Source: Hyalangium minutum
GTDB lineage: Bacteria; Myxococcota; Myxococcia; Myxococcales; Myxococcaceae
Assembly (NCBI RefSeq): GCF_000737315.1
Contig: NZ_JMCB01000003.1
Location: forward strand, 992,001 to 1,056,000
Reading direction: 5' to 3'
Length of the DNA stretch: 64,000 bases
Part shown: positions 1-9,022 of the stretch, piece after piece
Numbering within the stretch: the stretch's first letter is position 1
Layout: every line of letters begins with the position of its first letter
Translations under genes and position numbers: made by a program
The notes under the pieces: model-generated
Seen by the model: only the letters and a program-made list of their open reading frames with translations
The model's database searches: none
Told to the model about the DNA's origin: nothing

Positions 1-4
1 GGCG

Positions 5-1747
5 GTGCTGGTGGTGGGAGGCTCGGTGAAGCTCTCGCTCGTGGCCTTCACCTTCTCTGGAGCGAGCTTCCCGTTCATCTCTGGGAGCTACACGGTGGTG
101 GATGCCAGCGGAGCTCCAAGCAACGCGGCCACGGTGACGCCCTCGGGAGACGTGACAGCGGTGCAGGCTGGCACGGTGCGCATCCGCGCGGGTGTCACCC
201 ATCCAGGCGTGACGCCCGTCGAGGCCACCCTCACGATCCTCCCCGCCCTCACCGAGGGCCGCCGAGTCACCGTGGTGGACGCGTCCACGGGCCTGCCGCT
301 GAGCGGGGTGGAGGTGCTCGGCTGTGACGCGCCTCCCGCAGCCGCGCCCTGCCCTGCTCCCGTCACGGCGACGACCGACGCGAGCGGCACGGCCGCCTTC
401 CCCTCCTCGACGGGCAGCACCGCGAGCTTCTCGGCAGCCTCGCCCGAACTCCGCGCGGACGGATACCCGCGCTACGACCGCGTGTCCGTGACGGCAACCC
501 TCGCGAGGGACGTGCTGCTTCCGCTGGGAGAGAACCCGGTGCACGGTGCCGCGGGCTTCAACGCGGGTATCCAGTTCTCCGAGGTCCACTCCACCGGCCC
601 GCTGTGGCTCGGCTTCTCCCTGCTCTCCGCCGGAGACGTGCCGGACCTGGATCTCACCACCCTGCTGGGAGAGACGTTCTTCATCACCGTGCCCGGCCTG
701 CCCCCATCCGTGCCCGTGGCAGGGAGCACCGTGGCCTACGCCGCATCCGGCTTCGGAGCCCCCGTGGAGCTCAAAGGACGATCGCTGGGGCTCGGACAGC
801 CGGGACGCCGGGCGGCGGTGGCCTTCGCCGGGCGGACGGAGCTGACCGTGGCTGCGAACCTCGGCTCCACGGATCTGCTGGCCTACACGGGGGCCATGGA
901 CTACGCGCTCCAGGCCTTCACCTCCGTTCCCCTGCGGCCTCGCGTCGCGGACTCCACGGATGTGGACGGGGATGGACGCTGCTCGGACACCGCGCGCTGC
1001 CCGCTAGGCCCCGAGGACATCCCGGACTACTTCAGCCTGCCCGGCTTCTCCCACCGCCCCCGCCGGGAGCAACTCCGCCGCACCGAGGTGGTGCTTCCCC
1101 GCCTGCCCGCCGGGCTGGACACGGCGGTGACGAGCGCCGTGGAGATCTCCGCCGAGACCGGCCTCACCCCGCTGGGACTCTCCTCGCGCGCAGGAGGCGC
1201 CCCCGCGCCGGACGGCACCCGGCCACTGGATCCCGTCCTGCTTCGCAGTGGTGCCCCGTACGCAGGAGTGGAAATCGGCACACCCGGGGTCTGGGCGTTC
1301 GCCACCCGGATTGCCGAGGCCCGAGGCGACACCACAGGCCGGATTGTCCGGGGCTCGCCACTTCCCACCCGGGTGGTCATCCCACCCTTTCTCCCCGTGC
1401 CCGCCGGGGCGTACACCGTGTCGCAGCGCACCTTCACGCCCTCGGCGGCGCAGTGGACGGCCCTGGCTCAGGCGGGGGCCGAGCTGGCCCGGATCACCTT
1501 CACCGGAGCCCGGAGCCGGCACGTGGTCCTCCTGCCGCTCGTGCCAGGACAAGCCCCCCTCCGCCTGCCAGATGCCCCTCCGGGTGTCGGAGAAGACCCG
1601 GTGAGCCAGGAATCAGCGACAGGCGAGATAATGGCCATGGATCTTTCAGCCCCCACTACCCCCGAGGACCTGCTGGGCGTGGGGGGAGCCAACCTGCTGG
1701 GGCTGACGGTTCACCTGGATGCTTACTCGCGAGCCACTTCCTGGTGA
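5..1747 (+). CDS. Ig-like (Big_2) and carboxypeptidase-regulatory-like domain surface protein, 5' end truncated by window edge
   Basis: Long GC3-biased ORF open from the window start; beta-rich Ig-like segment (ATVTPSGDVTAVQAGTVRIRA) followed by VVDASTGLPLSGVEV; EF-hand-like DVDGDGRC motif. Confidence 0.55.
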   Translation: MLVVGGSVKLSLVAFTFSGASFPFISGSYTVVDASGAPSNAATVTPSGDVTAVQAGTVRIRAGVTHPGVTPVEATLTILPALTEGRRVTVVDASTGLPLSGVEVLGCDAPPAAAPCPAPVTATTDASGTAAFPSSTGSTASFSAASPELRADGYPRYDRVSVTATLARDVLLPLGENPVHGAAGFNAGIQFSEVHSTGPLWLGFSLLSAGDVPDLDLTTLLGETFFITVPGLPPSVPVAGSTVAYAASGFGAPVELKGRSLGLGQPGRRAAVAFAGRTELTVAANLGSTDLLAYTGAMDYALQAFTSVPLRPRVADSTDVDGDGRCSDTARCPLGPEDIPDYFSLPGFSHRPRREQLRRTEVVLPRLPAGLDTAVTSAVEISAETGLTPLGLSSRAGGAPAPDGTRPLDPVLLRSGAPYAGVEIGTPGVWAFATRIAEARGDTTGRIVRGSPLPTRVVIPPFLPVPAGAYTVSQRTFTPSAAQWTALAQAGAELARITFTGARSRHVVLLPLVPGQAPLRLPDAPPGVGEDPVSQESATGEIMAMDLSAPTTPEDLLGVGGANLLGLTVHLDAYSRATSW

Positions 1748-1795
1748 AATAACGTTCTGGAGCCCTCGTTCTCCTACTCTGGGAGTCCACACGCG

Positions 1796-3319
1796 ATGCA
1801 AAAGAAGGAGCCCATCATCGGCATCGACCTCGGCACGACGAACTCGTGCGCGGCGTATGTCGACGACAGCGGGAACGTGAAGCTCGTGCCCTACAAGGGA
1901 GGCGACTACACCATCCCCTCCATCTTCGCGATTGATGACAAGGGCAATGAGCTCATCGGCTACGAGGCCAAGCGCCAGTGGCAGCTCAACCCGCGCAACA
2001 CCGTGTACGGGGCCAAGCGGCTGGTGGGCCGCGGCTACAAGAGCGACATCGTCGACACGATGAAGAAGGTCGTGGCGTACCAGATGCGCGCCGGCAAGAA
2101 GAACGACGTCGTCCTGGACGTGGGCAAGAAGGAGTTCTCGCTGCAGGAGGTCAGCGCGAAGATCCTGAACAAGATCCGCGACGTGGCCTCCAACCACATG
2201 AAGGTGCCCATCAAGCGGGCGGTGGTGACGGTGCCGGCGTACTTCAACGATCGGCAGCGGCAGTCGGTGAAGGACGCGGGCAAGCTGATCGATCTCGAGG
2301 TGGTTCGCATCATCAACGAGCCCACTGCGGCCTCCTTGGCCTACGGCGTGGGCAAGAACCTCAAGCAGAAGGTCGTCATCTACGATCTCGGCGGCGGCAC
2401 GTTCGACGTGTCCATCATCGAGATCCGCGACCGCGTCTTCGAGGTGAAGGCCACGGGCGGCGACATCTTCCTGGGTGGCATCGACTTCGACAACGCGATC
2501 ATCCACCACGTGCTGAAGGACTTCGCGGCGAAGACGGGCATTGACCTGGCCACGGATCCGGTGGCCATGCAGCGCATCAAGGACCTGGCTGAGCGCACGA
2601 AGATCGATCTCTCCGCGCGCGAGGAGGTGCCCTTCAACATCCCCTTCATCACGATGACGTCGCAGGGCCAGCCGCTGAACATCGAGATGAAGTTCACGCG
2701 GAAGATGCTGGAGAACCTGACCAGCCATCTGATCGACAGGTCGCTGCAGATCGTGGCGCGGGTGCTGGTGGACGCGGGGCTGTCCACGAAGGAAGTGGAC
2801 GAGGTGATGCTGGTGGGTGGGCAGACGCGCATGCCCATCGTGCAGGACCGGCTGACGAAGTTCTTCGGCAAGCCGCCGAGCAAAGGCGTACACCCGGACG
2901 AGGCGGTGGCCATTGGCGCGGCGCTCTACGCGCACTCGCTGCAGGATGACACGAACCTGCGCATCCAGCTGCTGGACGTGATCCCGATGGCGATCGGGCT
3001 GGAGAAGGCGGGCGGGATGTTCCACACGGTGTTCCCGCGCAACGCGCCCATTCCGAACGCCAAGCAGTTGGTGGCGACGACGAGCATCGACAACCAGACC
3101 GAGCTCGCCATGCGCATCTACCAGGGCGACCACGAGCAGGTGTCCCAGAACGAGCTGCTGGGAGAGTTCACCTTCTCGGGGATCCGGACGGAAAAGGCCG
3201 GCCGGGTGCAGGTGGAGATCACCTTCGACGTGAACGTGGAGGGGATCCTCACGATGCGCGCGAGGGATCCGGCCACGGGCCGCGAGATGCGGACCACCGT
3301 CCGCGTCACGCAGAGCTGA
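1796..3319 (+). CDS. Hsp70/DnaK-family chaperone paralog lacking the C-terminal helical lid
   Basis: IGIDLGTTNSC, AVVTVPAYFND, RIINEPTAA, DLGGGTFDVS, LGGIDFD, LVGGQTRMP, DEAVAIGAA motifs; ends after the substrate-binding beta domain at 507 aa. Confidence 0.93.
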   Translation: MQKKEPIIGIDLGTTNSCAAYVDDSGNVKLVPYKGGDYTIPSIFAIDDKGNELIGYEAKRQWQLNPRNTVYGAKRLVGRGYKSDIVDTMKKVVAYQMRAGKKNDVVLDVGKKEFSLQEVSAKILNKIRDVASNHMKVPIKRAVVTVPAYFNDRQRQSVKDAGKLIDLEVVRIINEPTAASLAYGVGKNLKQKVVIYDLGGGTFDVSIIEIRDRVFEVKATGGDIFLGGIDFDNAIIHHVLKDFAAKTGIDLATDPVAMQRIKDLAERTKIDLSAREEVPFNIPFITMTSQGQPLNIEMKFTRKMLENLTSHLIDRSLQIVARVLVDAGLSTKEVDEVMLVGGQTRMPIVQDRLTKFFGKPPSKGVHPDEAVAIGAALYAHSLQDDTNLRIQLLDVIPMAIGLEKAGGMFHTVFPRNAPIPNAKQLVATTSIDNQTELAMRIYQGDHEQVSQNELLGEFTFSGIRTEKAGRVQVEITFDVNVEGILTMRARDPATGREMRTTVRVTQS

Positions 3320-3325
3320 CGGGGC

Positions 3326-3748
3326 TCAGACGCTCTGGCCCTGGCGCTTGGCGAGCACCAGGTTCACGAAGGTCTTCACGGAGAAGAGGCTGAGGATCTG
3401 CGCGGGGCGCAGCCCGGGCTGGATGTGCGAGGCGGCCTCGGGCATCAGCTCCCGGAGCCGGGCGAGCCCTGTCTCGGAGATGACGCCGCCAGGCGCGAAC
3501 TCCTCGTCCGACATGGTGCCGCGGGCGGCGCGCTCCATCTCGCCGCGCGTGATCTGGATGTCGAAGGCCCGCTCCAGCTTGAAGACGATGTCCAGGAAGT
3601 CGAGCGACTCGGCGCCCAGGTCTCCCATCAGGAGGGTCTCGAGCTTCACCTCGGAGAGATCCCGGGCGAGGGCCTCGGCAACCACCTCGCGGACCTGCTG
3701 CTCAATCTTCTGGACCTCGGCTGCGGACGCTGGGACTGCGGCGGTCAT
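3326..3748 (-). CDS. Acyl carrier protein, long form with an internal insertion
   Basis: DLGAESLDFLDIVFKLERAFDI phosphopantetheine-Ser motif; ATG at 3748 overlaps the upstream stop. Confidence 0.9.
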   Translation of the reverse strand: MTAAVPASAAEVQKIEQQVREVVAEALARDLSEVKLETLLMGDLGAESLDFLDIVFKLERAFDIQITRGEMERAARGTMSDEEFAPGGVISETGLARLRELMPEAASHIQPGLRPAQILSLFSVKTFVNLVLAKRQGQSV

Positions 3749-4419
3749 GTCTGGGCCTCCCGAGGCTCGGGGCCATCCTCGAACCACGTCACCACCTGTG
3801 CAAGGGGCTTGCGCGGCTGCTTGGCGGGCAGCTCGTCTGGATACCCCACCGCGATGGCTCCGACCATCTTCCAGGGCTCCCGGATGTCCAGCAGCCGCTG
3901 GATCTCATCGCGGCCAATCATCGGTCCGGACATCCAGCAGGCGCCGAGCCCCTCGGCCTGGGCCTGGAGCAGCAGGGCCATGCACGCGGCACTGGTGGAG
4001 CAGAGCTCGGCCTGCATGGACGCGGCGGTGTGGAACTTCGTGGGGTCCCCTCCCCCGGAGGCCACGAGGTTGGCGATCAGGTCCGGATAGATGCGGTACT
4101 GAGGGACGATAATGGCCGCGGCCGTGGCGAGGGGCTCGTGGAAGAAGTCGCCGTACTTGCCGAAGTCCTCGGCGTGGTGGCCCTGGCGGATGATGGCCTT
4201 CATCTCCTCGGCGCGGGTGCGGACGGCCTCGGTGAGGCGCTGACGGAGCGCGGCCTGGGTGACGACCGCGAAGCGCCAGGGCTGGCGGTTGGTGGGAGAC
4301 GGTGCCGTCACCGCGGCCTGCATCAGGCGCTCCAACGCCTCGCGAGGAACGGGCCGGGCCGTGAAGGCGCGCACGCTCCTGCGGTGAGAGAGGAGATCGA
4401 GAAAAGACTCGCCGTTCAT
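3745..4419 (-). CDS. Nitroreductase-fold FMN oxidoreductase
   Basis: RRSVRAF, APSPTNRQPWRF, LLLQAQAEGLGACW, AIAVGYP motifs; ATGA overlaps on both sides. Confidence 0.9.
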   Translation of the reverse strand: MNGESFLDLLSHRRSVRAFTARPVPREALERLMQAAVTAPSPTNRQPWRFAVVTQAALRQRLTEAVRTRAEEMKAIIRQGHHAEDFGKYGDFFHEPLATAAAIIVPQYRIYPDLIANLVASGGGDPTKFHTAASMQAELCSTSAACMALLLQAQAEGLGACWMSGPMIGRDEIQRLLDIREPWKMVGAIAVGYPDELPAKQPRKPLAQVVTWFEDGPEPREAQT

Positions 4420-5159
4420 TCGAGCTTGAACCCTCCATCCACGTTCCACACCTGACCGGTGACGTAACTGGCATCGCTGGAGCACAGGAAGGCCACCACT
4501 TTCGCCACCTCCTCGGGTTTGCCGGGCCGCCGCATCAGGATGCGCCGCTTTACCTCATCCGGCGCGAGCGCGAGGATATCCCGGGTCATCTCGGTCTCGA
4601 TGACGCCGGGGGCCACGGCGTTCGCCCGGATGTTCCTCGGCGCCAGTTCCACGGCCAAGGCGCGGATGAAGGACTCCACTGCGCCCTTGGTGGCCGCATA
4701 GAGGCTCTGTCCCCGTCCCGGCCGCTGCCCCGCGACGGACGAGAGCGCCACGATGGAGCCTCGCCGCCGGCCAATCATCCGCTTCGCCACTTCCCGGCAG
4801 CAGTGCACCACTCCGTCCAAGTTGACGGTGCGGACAGCAGTCAAATCCTCAGGGGTGCTCGCGCCCAGGAGCGTGTCCCGGGTGACGCCGGCGCCACAGA
4901 CGAGCACGTCGATGGGGCCCAGCTGGCGCTCCGTCTCCTCGATGAGACGAACCACCTGAGCTGAGTCGGAGACGTCGGCCTGATGCAAGAACGCCCGCTG
5001 GCCGAGTGCCTCGACCTCGCGAACCACCTCGGCGGCACGCGCCCCCTGCTCACGAAAGTTGATGCCCACGGAGTAGCCACGCCGGGCCAGCTCGAGGACG
5101 ACAGCTCGGCCGATTCCGCGCGAGCCCCCCGTCACCAGAGCCACACCCCTCTCGCTCAT
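4416..5159 (-). CDS. fabG: 3-oxoacyl-ACP reductase (FabG-like SDR)
   Basis: TGGSRGIG, LSSVAG, YAATK, NAVAPGVIET motifs. Confidence 0.88.
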   Translation of the reverse strand: MSERGVALVTGGSRGIGRAVVLELARRGYSVGINFREQGARAAEVVREVEALGQRAFLHQADVSDSAQVVRLIEETERQLGPIDVLVCGAGVTRDTLLGASTPEDLTAVRTVNLDGVVHCCREVAKRMIGRRRGSIVALSSVAGQRPGRGQSLYAATKGAVESFIRALAVELAPRNIRANAVAPGVIETEMTRDILALAPDEVKRRILMRRPGKPEEVAKVVAFLCSSDASYVTGQVWNVDGGFKLE

Positions 5160-5243
5160 GCTTCACCTCGCGGAAGCTTTGCCAACACCGGATAACCAGC
5201 GGCACAGCAGGGAAGCCCCGCGGCAGTCCCGGGCGGTTTCCCA

Positions 5244-5496
5244 GAACCGGTCTGCTTGTCAGACCAGTTCACGCCAAAGCGGACCGGGAGCGCCCCCTCT
5301 GCCGGGTACAGCCGCCGTGAACCGGTCTGCTTGTCAGACCAGTTCGCACCGAACCGGCCCGGGGGAGCCCCCTCCACCGGGTACAGCCGCCGTGAACCGG
5401 TCTGCTTGTCAGACCAGTTCACGCCAAAGCGGACCGGCAGAGCCCTTCCCTGCCGTGCGCGGCCACCGTGAACCGGTCTACTTGTCAGACAGGTTG
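5244..5496. repeat. Tandem array with ~75-bp period and a 27-bp palindromic core (GAACCGGTCTGCTTGTCAGACCAGTTC)
   Basis: Core starts at 5244, 5319, 5394 and 5470 (last copy degenerate); GGTCTG-N5-CAGACC inverted repeat; spacers share sequence with each other. Confidence 0.9.
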
Positions 5497-5499
5497 GGC

Positions 5500-6702
5500 T
5501 CATGCGCGCTCCGCCGGGCTCGGCTGTCCGCTGGGGCTGCCAATATGCACTCCGCCTACAAGTCCGGGTGCCCCCGTGCAGAGGGCCAATGCCGAACGCG
5601 CCGTCGTGGGGGTGGGCTCTCGAACAGGCAGGAGCGATCCCTCGGCGGGCTCGCGCAGCCCGGCGATGGGGGGCAGCACACCTCTCCGCAGACAGTTCGC
5701 CAAGGCGATGGTCTGTACCAGCGGTGCCGCGGCCCCCAGCTGTCCGAACGCTGCTTGTACCGCCGTGAGTTGCGCCCCCTGTCCAAGCAGGGCCCCCAGC
5801 ACGGACCTTTCCGCAGCATCCAGCGCAGGAAGGGCTCGGCCGGAGCCGTCAACGACCGCGTCCGCTCGAGGCAGGCGCGCGGCGACGGCAGCGAGTGTCT
5901 CCGGGCCAGGCTCGGAGGCGTGGCTGTCCGCGCCATCAGCCGCGGAGATGGTCGCCAGCGCCCCCTTCGCTCCTGGACGCTGGAGCACCAGCGCCGCAGC
6001 GGCCTCCCCCGGCACAAAGCCTCGCGCGTGGAGATCATACGGAGCGGCCAGGTTCGCAAGGTCCCCTGTGGTCGCGGCTCCCCGGGCGGCCAGGTCCACC
6101 AGCGTCTCCGGTTCGAGCAGCGAGTCGTAGGCGAACACCAGCGCCACATCGATGCTCTCAGCTTCGAGTGCCCGAATGGCCGCAGAGAGCGCCTGGGCGC
6201 CTGCAGTGGCTCCTCCATAGGTGGCACCATCGCCTCGTGCGGAGAGGTCCGCAGCCAGGAGCGCGTGCGCGTTGTTCGAGAGGTGCTTGAGCATCCAGTA
6301 CGGGTGAATGCGCTTGAGCCCGCGCTCCCACGTACCGCCTTGCCCCGGTTGCTGCGCGGAGAGCCCCTCCATCATGTCGTCCCAGTGGGCCCGCAGTCCG
6401 CCATAGCCGCAGAAGATCCCCAGCCGCTCACCCGAGGCCTCGCAACCGTGACCACGGGCCAGCTGGAGTGCTTCATGCGCGGCCTCCAGCCCGAAGAGCC
6501 CCATCCTTCGCAGGAAGCGCGCGTGCTTCGAGCGCTGTGGCTGGGAGAGGATCGGTGCTCCCAGCCGGCAGGCGTAGGTACGGGTCTCGAAGCGCAGCTT
6601 GTCCGTCGCCGCGCGCTCTCCGGCGAGGAGCCGGCCCACGGCGGTGTCCACCGAGTCACCCAACGGCGTGCGCCATGCCCAGCCGAGGACGTCCGCGCTC
6701 AT
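5500..6702 (-). CDS. Ketosynthase-like protein lacking catalytic residues (chain-length-factor-like)
   Basis: Thiolase/KS fold signatures (HWMLKH-LSNNAH-like segment, GFVPGEAAAALVL); the Cys site reads GATAG and the His site reads AFGQLG; ATG at 6702 overlaps the upstream TGA. Confidence 0.8.
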   Translation of the reverse strand: MSADVLGWAWRTPLGDSVDTAVGRLLAGERAATDKLRFETRTYACRLGAPILSQPQRSKHARFLRRMGLFGLEAAHEALQLARGHGCEASGERLGIFCGYGGLRAHWDDMMEGLSAQQPGQGGTWERGLKRIHPYWMLKHLSNNAHALLAADLSARGDGATYGGATAGAQALSAAIRALEAESIDVALVFAYDSLLEPETLVDLAARGAATTGDLANLAAPYDLHARGFVPGEAAAALVLQRPGAKGALATISAADGADSHASEPGPETLAAVAARLPRADAVVDGSGRALPALDAAERSVLGALLGQGAQLTAVQAAFGQLGAAAPLVQTIALANCLRRGVLPPIAGLREPAEGSLLPVREPTPTTARSALALCTGAPGLVGGVHIGSPSGQPSPAERA

Positions 6703-7982
6703 GCCGCTCTCCCGAGGATGATCGTTGCGTTCTGTCCCCCGAAACCGAAGGAGTTCGACAGCACTGCCTCCACTCGCGCCTCGCGGGGACGCTCGCCGAT
6801 GATATCGATGTCGCAGTCGGGATCGCGCTCGCGGTGGTGCGCGGTCCCCGGAAGGCAGTCGCCCAGGAACGGCAGAAGGGACGCCGCGACCTCGATGGCC
6901 CCCGAGGCCGCCATCAGGTGCCCCACCGCTCCCTTGATGGAGCTCACCGGCACATCCCCCAGAACCTCGCGAATGGCCCGGGCCTCCGCGGGATCGTTGA
7001 GGGGCGTGCCCGTGCCATGGGCATTCACATAGCCGATGTCCCTGGCAGAGAGCCCCGCGCGCTTCAGCGCTTGCTGCATGGCCTTCCGTGCCATCGAGCC
7101 GTCCGGCAGAGGAGCCGTGGTCTTGTAGGCGTCCTGGGTGCTTGCCCAGCCGAGAATGCGCGCCAAGGGACGGGCACCTCGGGCCAGGGCACGCTCCTCG
7201 GACTCGACGACGAACATGGCGGCCCCCTCGCCGATGGCCAGCCCGTCCCTGCGTCGATCGAAGGGCCGGCACGCATCCGGCTCGGCCCGAGGAGAGGGAG
7301 CGCCCAAGCGGGACATTCCCCCCAGCCCCAGCGGATTCACCATCGAGTCACTCGCGCCGCAGAGCACCCGCGTGGCCGCACCGCGCTCAATGAGCGAGGC
7401 GGCATGTGCCACCGCGAGCGTACCGGCTGCGCACGCGGAGACGTGGGGCACCACCGGTCCCGTCAGGCCCAGCATTTTCACGAGCCCGTCCGCGCAGAGA
7501 TCGATCCGCGAGCGGAAGCGCACCCGAGGCAACGGCGCTCCCGGCTCGGCCACCCAGTCAATGGCCGCGCGCGTGCCCTCTTTGCGCAGCAGCGGGCCAA
7601 AGTCCTCCAGGAAGGCCTGCTCCAAGCCCAAGGCCATCGACAGCCAGGTATCGCTCGCATCCTCGCCGCAGCCGGCCTGGTGCCAAGCCTCCAGCGCGGC
7701 GACCCACCCGAAGCCAATCTTCCGGTCTCGCAGTGCTCCGGAAGCGTCCCAGTCCTCCAGCAGGGACTCCGGCAAGCGTCCCCCGAGGTACTCCCGGAGC
7801 CACGCACCGTCCGTCCTGAGCACCGGCACCTCCCCAGCGACGCGCGTCGGGAAGCCCGAGGCATCGAAGTGGTGGATGGGTCCCACGGCGGCACGGCCCT
7901 CGCCGAGTGCATCCCAGAAGGCCCGGGCTCCCACCCCCAGGGCCGAAACCACGCCACAGCCCGTGATGACGGCCTGGCTCAC
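6699..7982 (-). CDS. Beta-ketoacyl-ACP synthase II (FabF-like), catalytic triad intact
   Basis: SACAAG (Cys), NAHGTGT (His), SIKGAVGH (Lys/His), NSFGFGGQN. Confidence 0.93.
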   Translation of the reverse strand: MSQAVITGCGVVSALGVGARAFWDALGEGRAAVGPIHHFDASGFPTRVAGEVPVLRTDGAWLREYLGGRLPESLLEDWDASGALRDRKIGFGWVAALEAWHQAGCGEDASDTWLSMALGLEQAFLEDFGPLLRKEGTRAAIDWVAEPGAPLPRVRFRSRIDLCADGLVKMLGLTGPVVPHVSACAAGTLAVAHAASLIERGAATRVLCGASDSMVNPLGLGGMSRLGAPSPRAEPDACRPFDRRRDGLAIGEGAAMFVVESEERALARGARPLARILGWASTQDAYKTTAPLPDGSMARKAMQQALKRAGLSARDIGYVNAHGTGTPLNDPAEARAIREVLGDVPVSSIKGAVGHLMAASGAIEVAASLLPFLGDCLPGTAHHRERDPDCDIDIIGERPREARVEAVLSNSFGFGGQNATIILGRAA

Positions 7983-9022
7983 GAGACCACCTCCCGTGCC
8001 AGTCCCACCAGCCCTACATCTCCATCCGGGCCCACGACGAGCACAGCCGCGCGGCGAATGGCTCCGTCCTGCAGCAGGTCCAGGGCCGCCACGGTCGCCA
8101 ACGCAGCGGACGCCGCCAGGGACTCACCGAAGAGCGCGGAGGCATCGAACACAGACTCGGGACACACGGGGAGAGCCAACTCCCGTGCAGCCTCTCTCCG
8201 GTTTGGCGTGGCCGTGAGCACCACGCACTCTGGCTCGAGGGCATCCAGGGATCGCCTCGCCGATTCGAGCGCTGGCGCCAGCCCCTGCTGTCCCGGGTGC
8301 ACTTCACAGCGATTCAGAAAGCCCAGTGGCTGCGCATGGCCAGGAGCCGCAAGCGCCAGGAGCGCGGCCCCTTCTCCCGGCACCACGCCCGCGCCTTCTT
8401 CTCGGCTCAGTTCTGCCCATGTCACCGGGTGCAGCGCCGAGTCCGCTCCGCCGCTGAGTGCCACCTCGCAGTCGCCCACTGCCACCGTATGGCGCGCCTC
8501 CGCCAGAGCGAGCACCGTGCCGCTCCCTCGCGAGAAGATCGCCGCGTTCGGTCCCCTCAGTCCCTCACGGATAGCGGCGTGGCAGAGGGTGTAGTTGTTC
8601 ATCAACTGGAAGGCGAAGAGCGGATTGCACGCGCCAAGCCCCCCGGTGCCAAACCGCCCGAGGTCGAAGTGCTGCTCCAAGAAGCTCGCGTCGAGCATCG
8701 CCTCGAGTTCCTCCATCGCACCGCCCGAGGCACCCACTCCGAGAAAGAAGCCCGTCTCCTCTCGCGGCAACGTTGGCGACTCCTGAAAGAGGCTCCGAGC
8801 CGCCACGCAAGAGAGGCGCGCTCCTCGGCTCATCAGCTTGAGCAACCTTGGCTCCACATCCTGGGCTGTGGGCAGTGCTGGCACTTGCGCAGCGAGGACT
8901 CCTCCCAGCGCCTTACAGGAAGTGGCCGCTGTGTCGCCTGCACGCACGGCCTTGCCCAGACCGCGCCAACCGATGCCCTGGGCAGTGACAGCGGTGGCGG
9001 CGACCACGGCCACGGGCCTCAT
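7979..9022 (-). CDS. Ketosynthase-like protein lacking catalytic residues (chain-length-factor-like)
   Basis: KS N-terminal fold (FQLMNNYTLCH, VVPGEGAALL); Cys site reads SRGSG; no HGTG motif; ATGA coupling on both sides. Confidence 0.78.
   Translation of the reverse strand: MRPVAVVAATAVTAQGIGWRGLGKAVRAGDTAATSCKALGGVLAAQVPALPTAQDVEPRLLKLMSRGARLSCVAARSLFQESPTLPREETGFFLGVGASGGAMEELEAMLDASFLEQHFDLGRFGTGGLGACNPLFAFQLMNNYTLCHAAIREGLRGPNAAIFSRGSGTVLALAEARHTVAVGDCEVALSGGADSALHPVTWAELSREEGAGVVPGEGAALLALAAPGHAQPLGFLNRCEVHPGQQGLAPALESARRSLDALEPECVVLTATPNRREAARELALPVCPESVFDASALFGESLAASAALATVAALDLLQDGAIRRAAVLVVGPDGDVGLVGLAREVVS

Noticed and set aside
1646-3133. Long antisense ORFs (for example 1646-3133, 12763-14373, 24374-26857, 34284-36113, 49138-51240)
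   Set aside because: Shadow frames opposite well-supported genes, expected in high-GC DNA; no motifs or RBS support.
5244-5496. CRISPR array (27-bp palindromic repeats with ~48-bp spacers)
   Set aside because: The spacers are not unique (1 and 3 share their 5' part, 1 and 2 their 3' part), there are only four units, and no cas genes or AT-rich leader are present.
5158-7032. 624-aa plus-strand ORF containing translated repeats
   Set aside because: Mostly antisense to the KS genes; the repeated peptides simply reflect the 75-bp DNA repeat.
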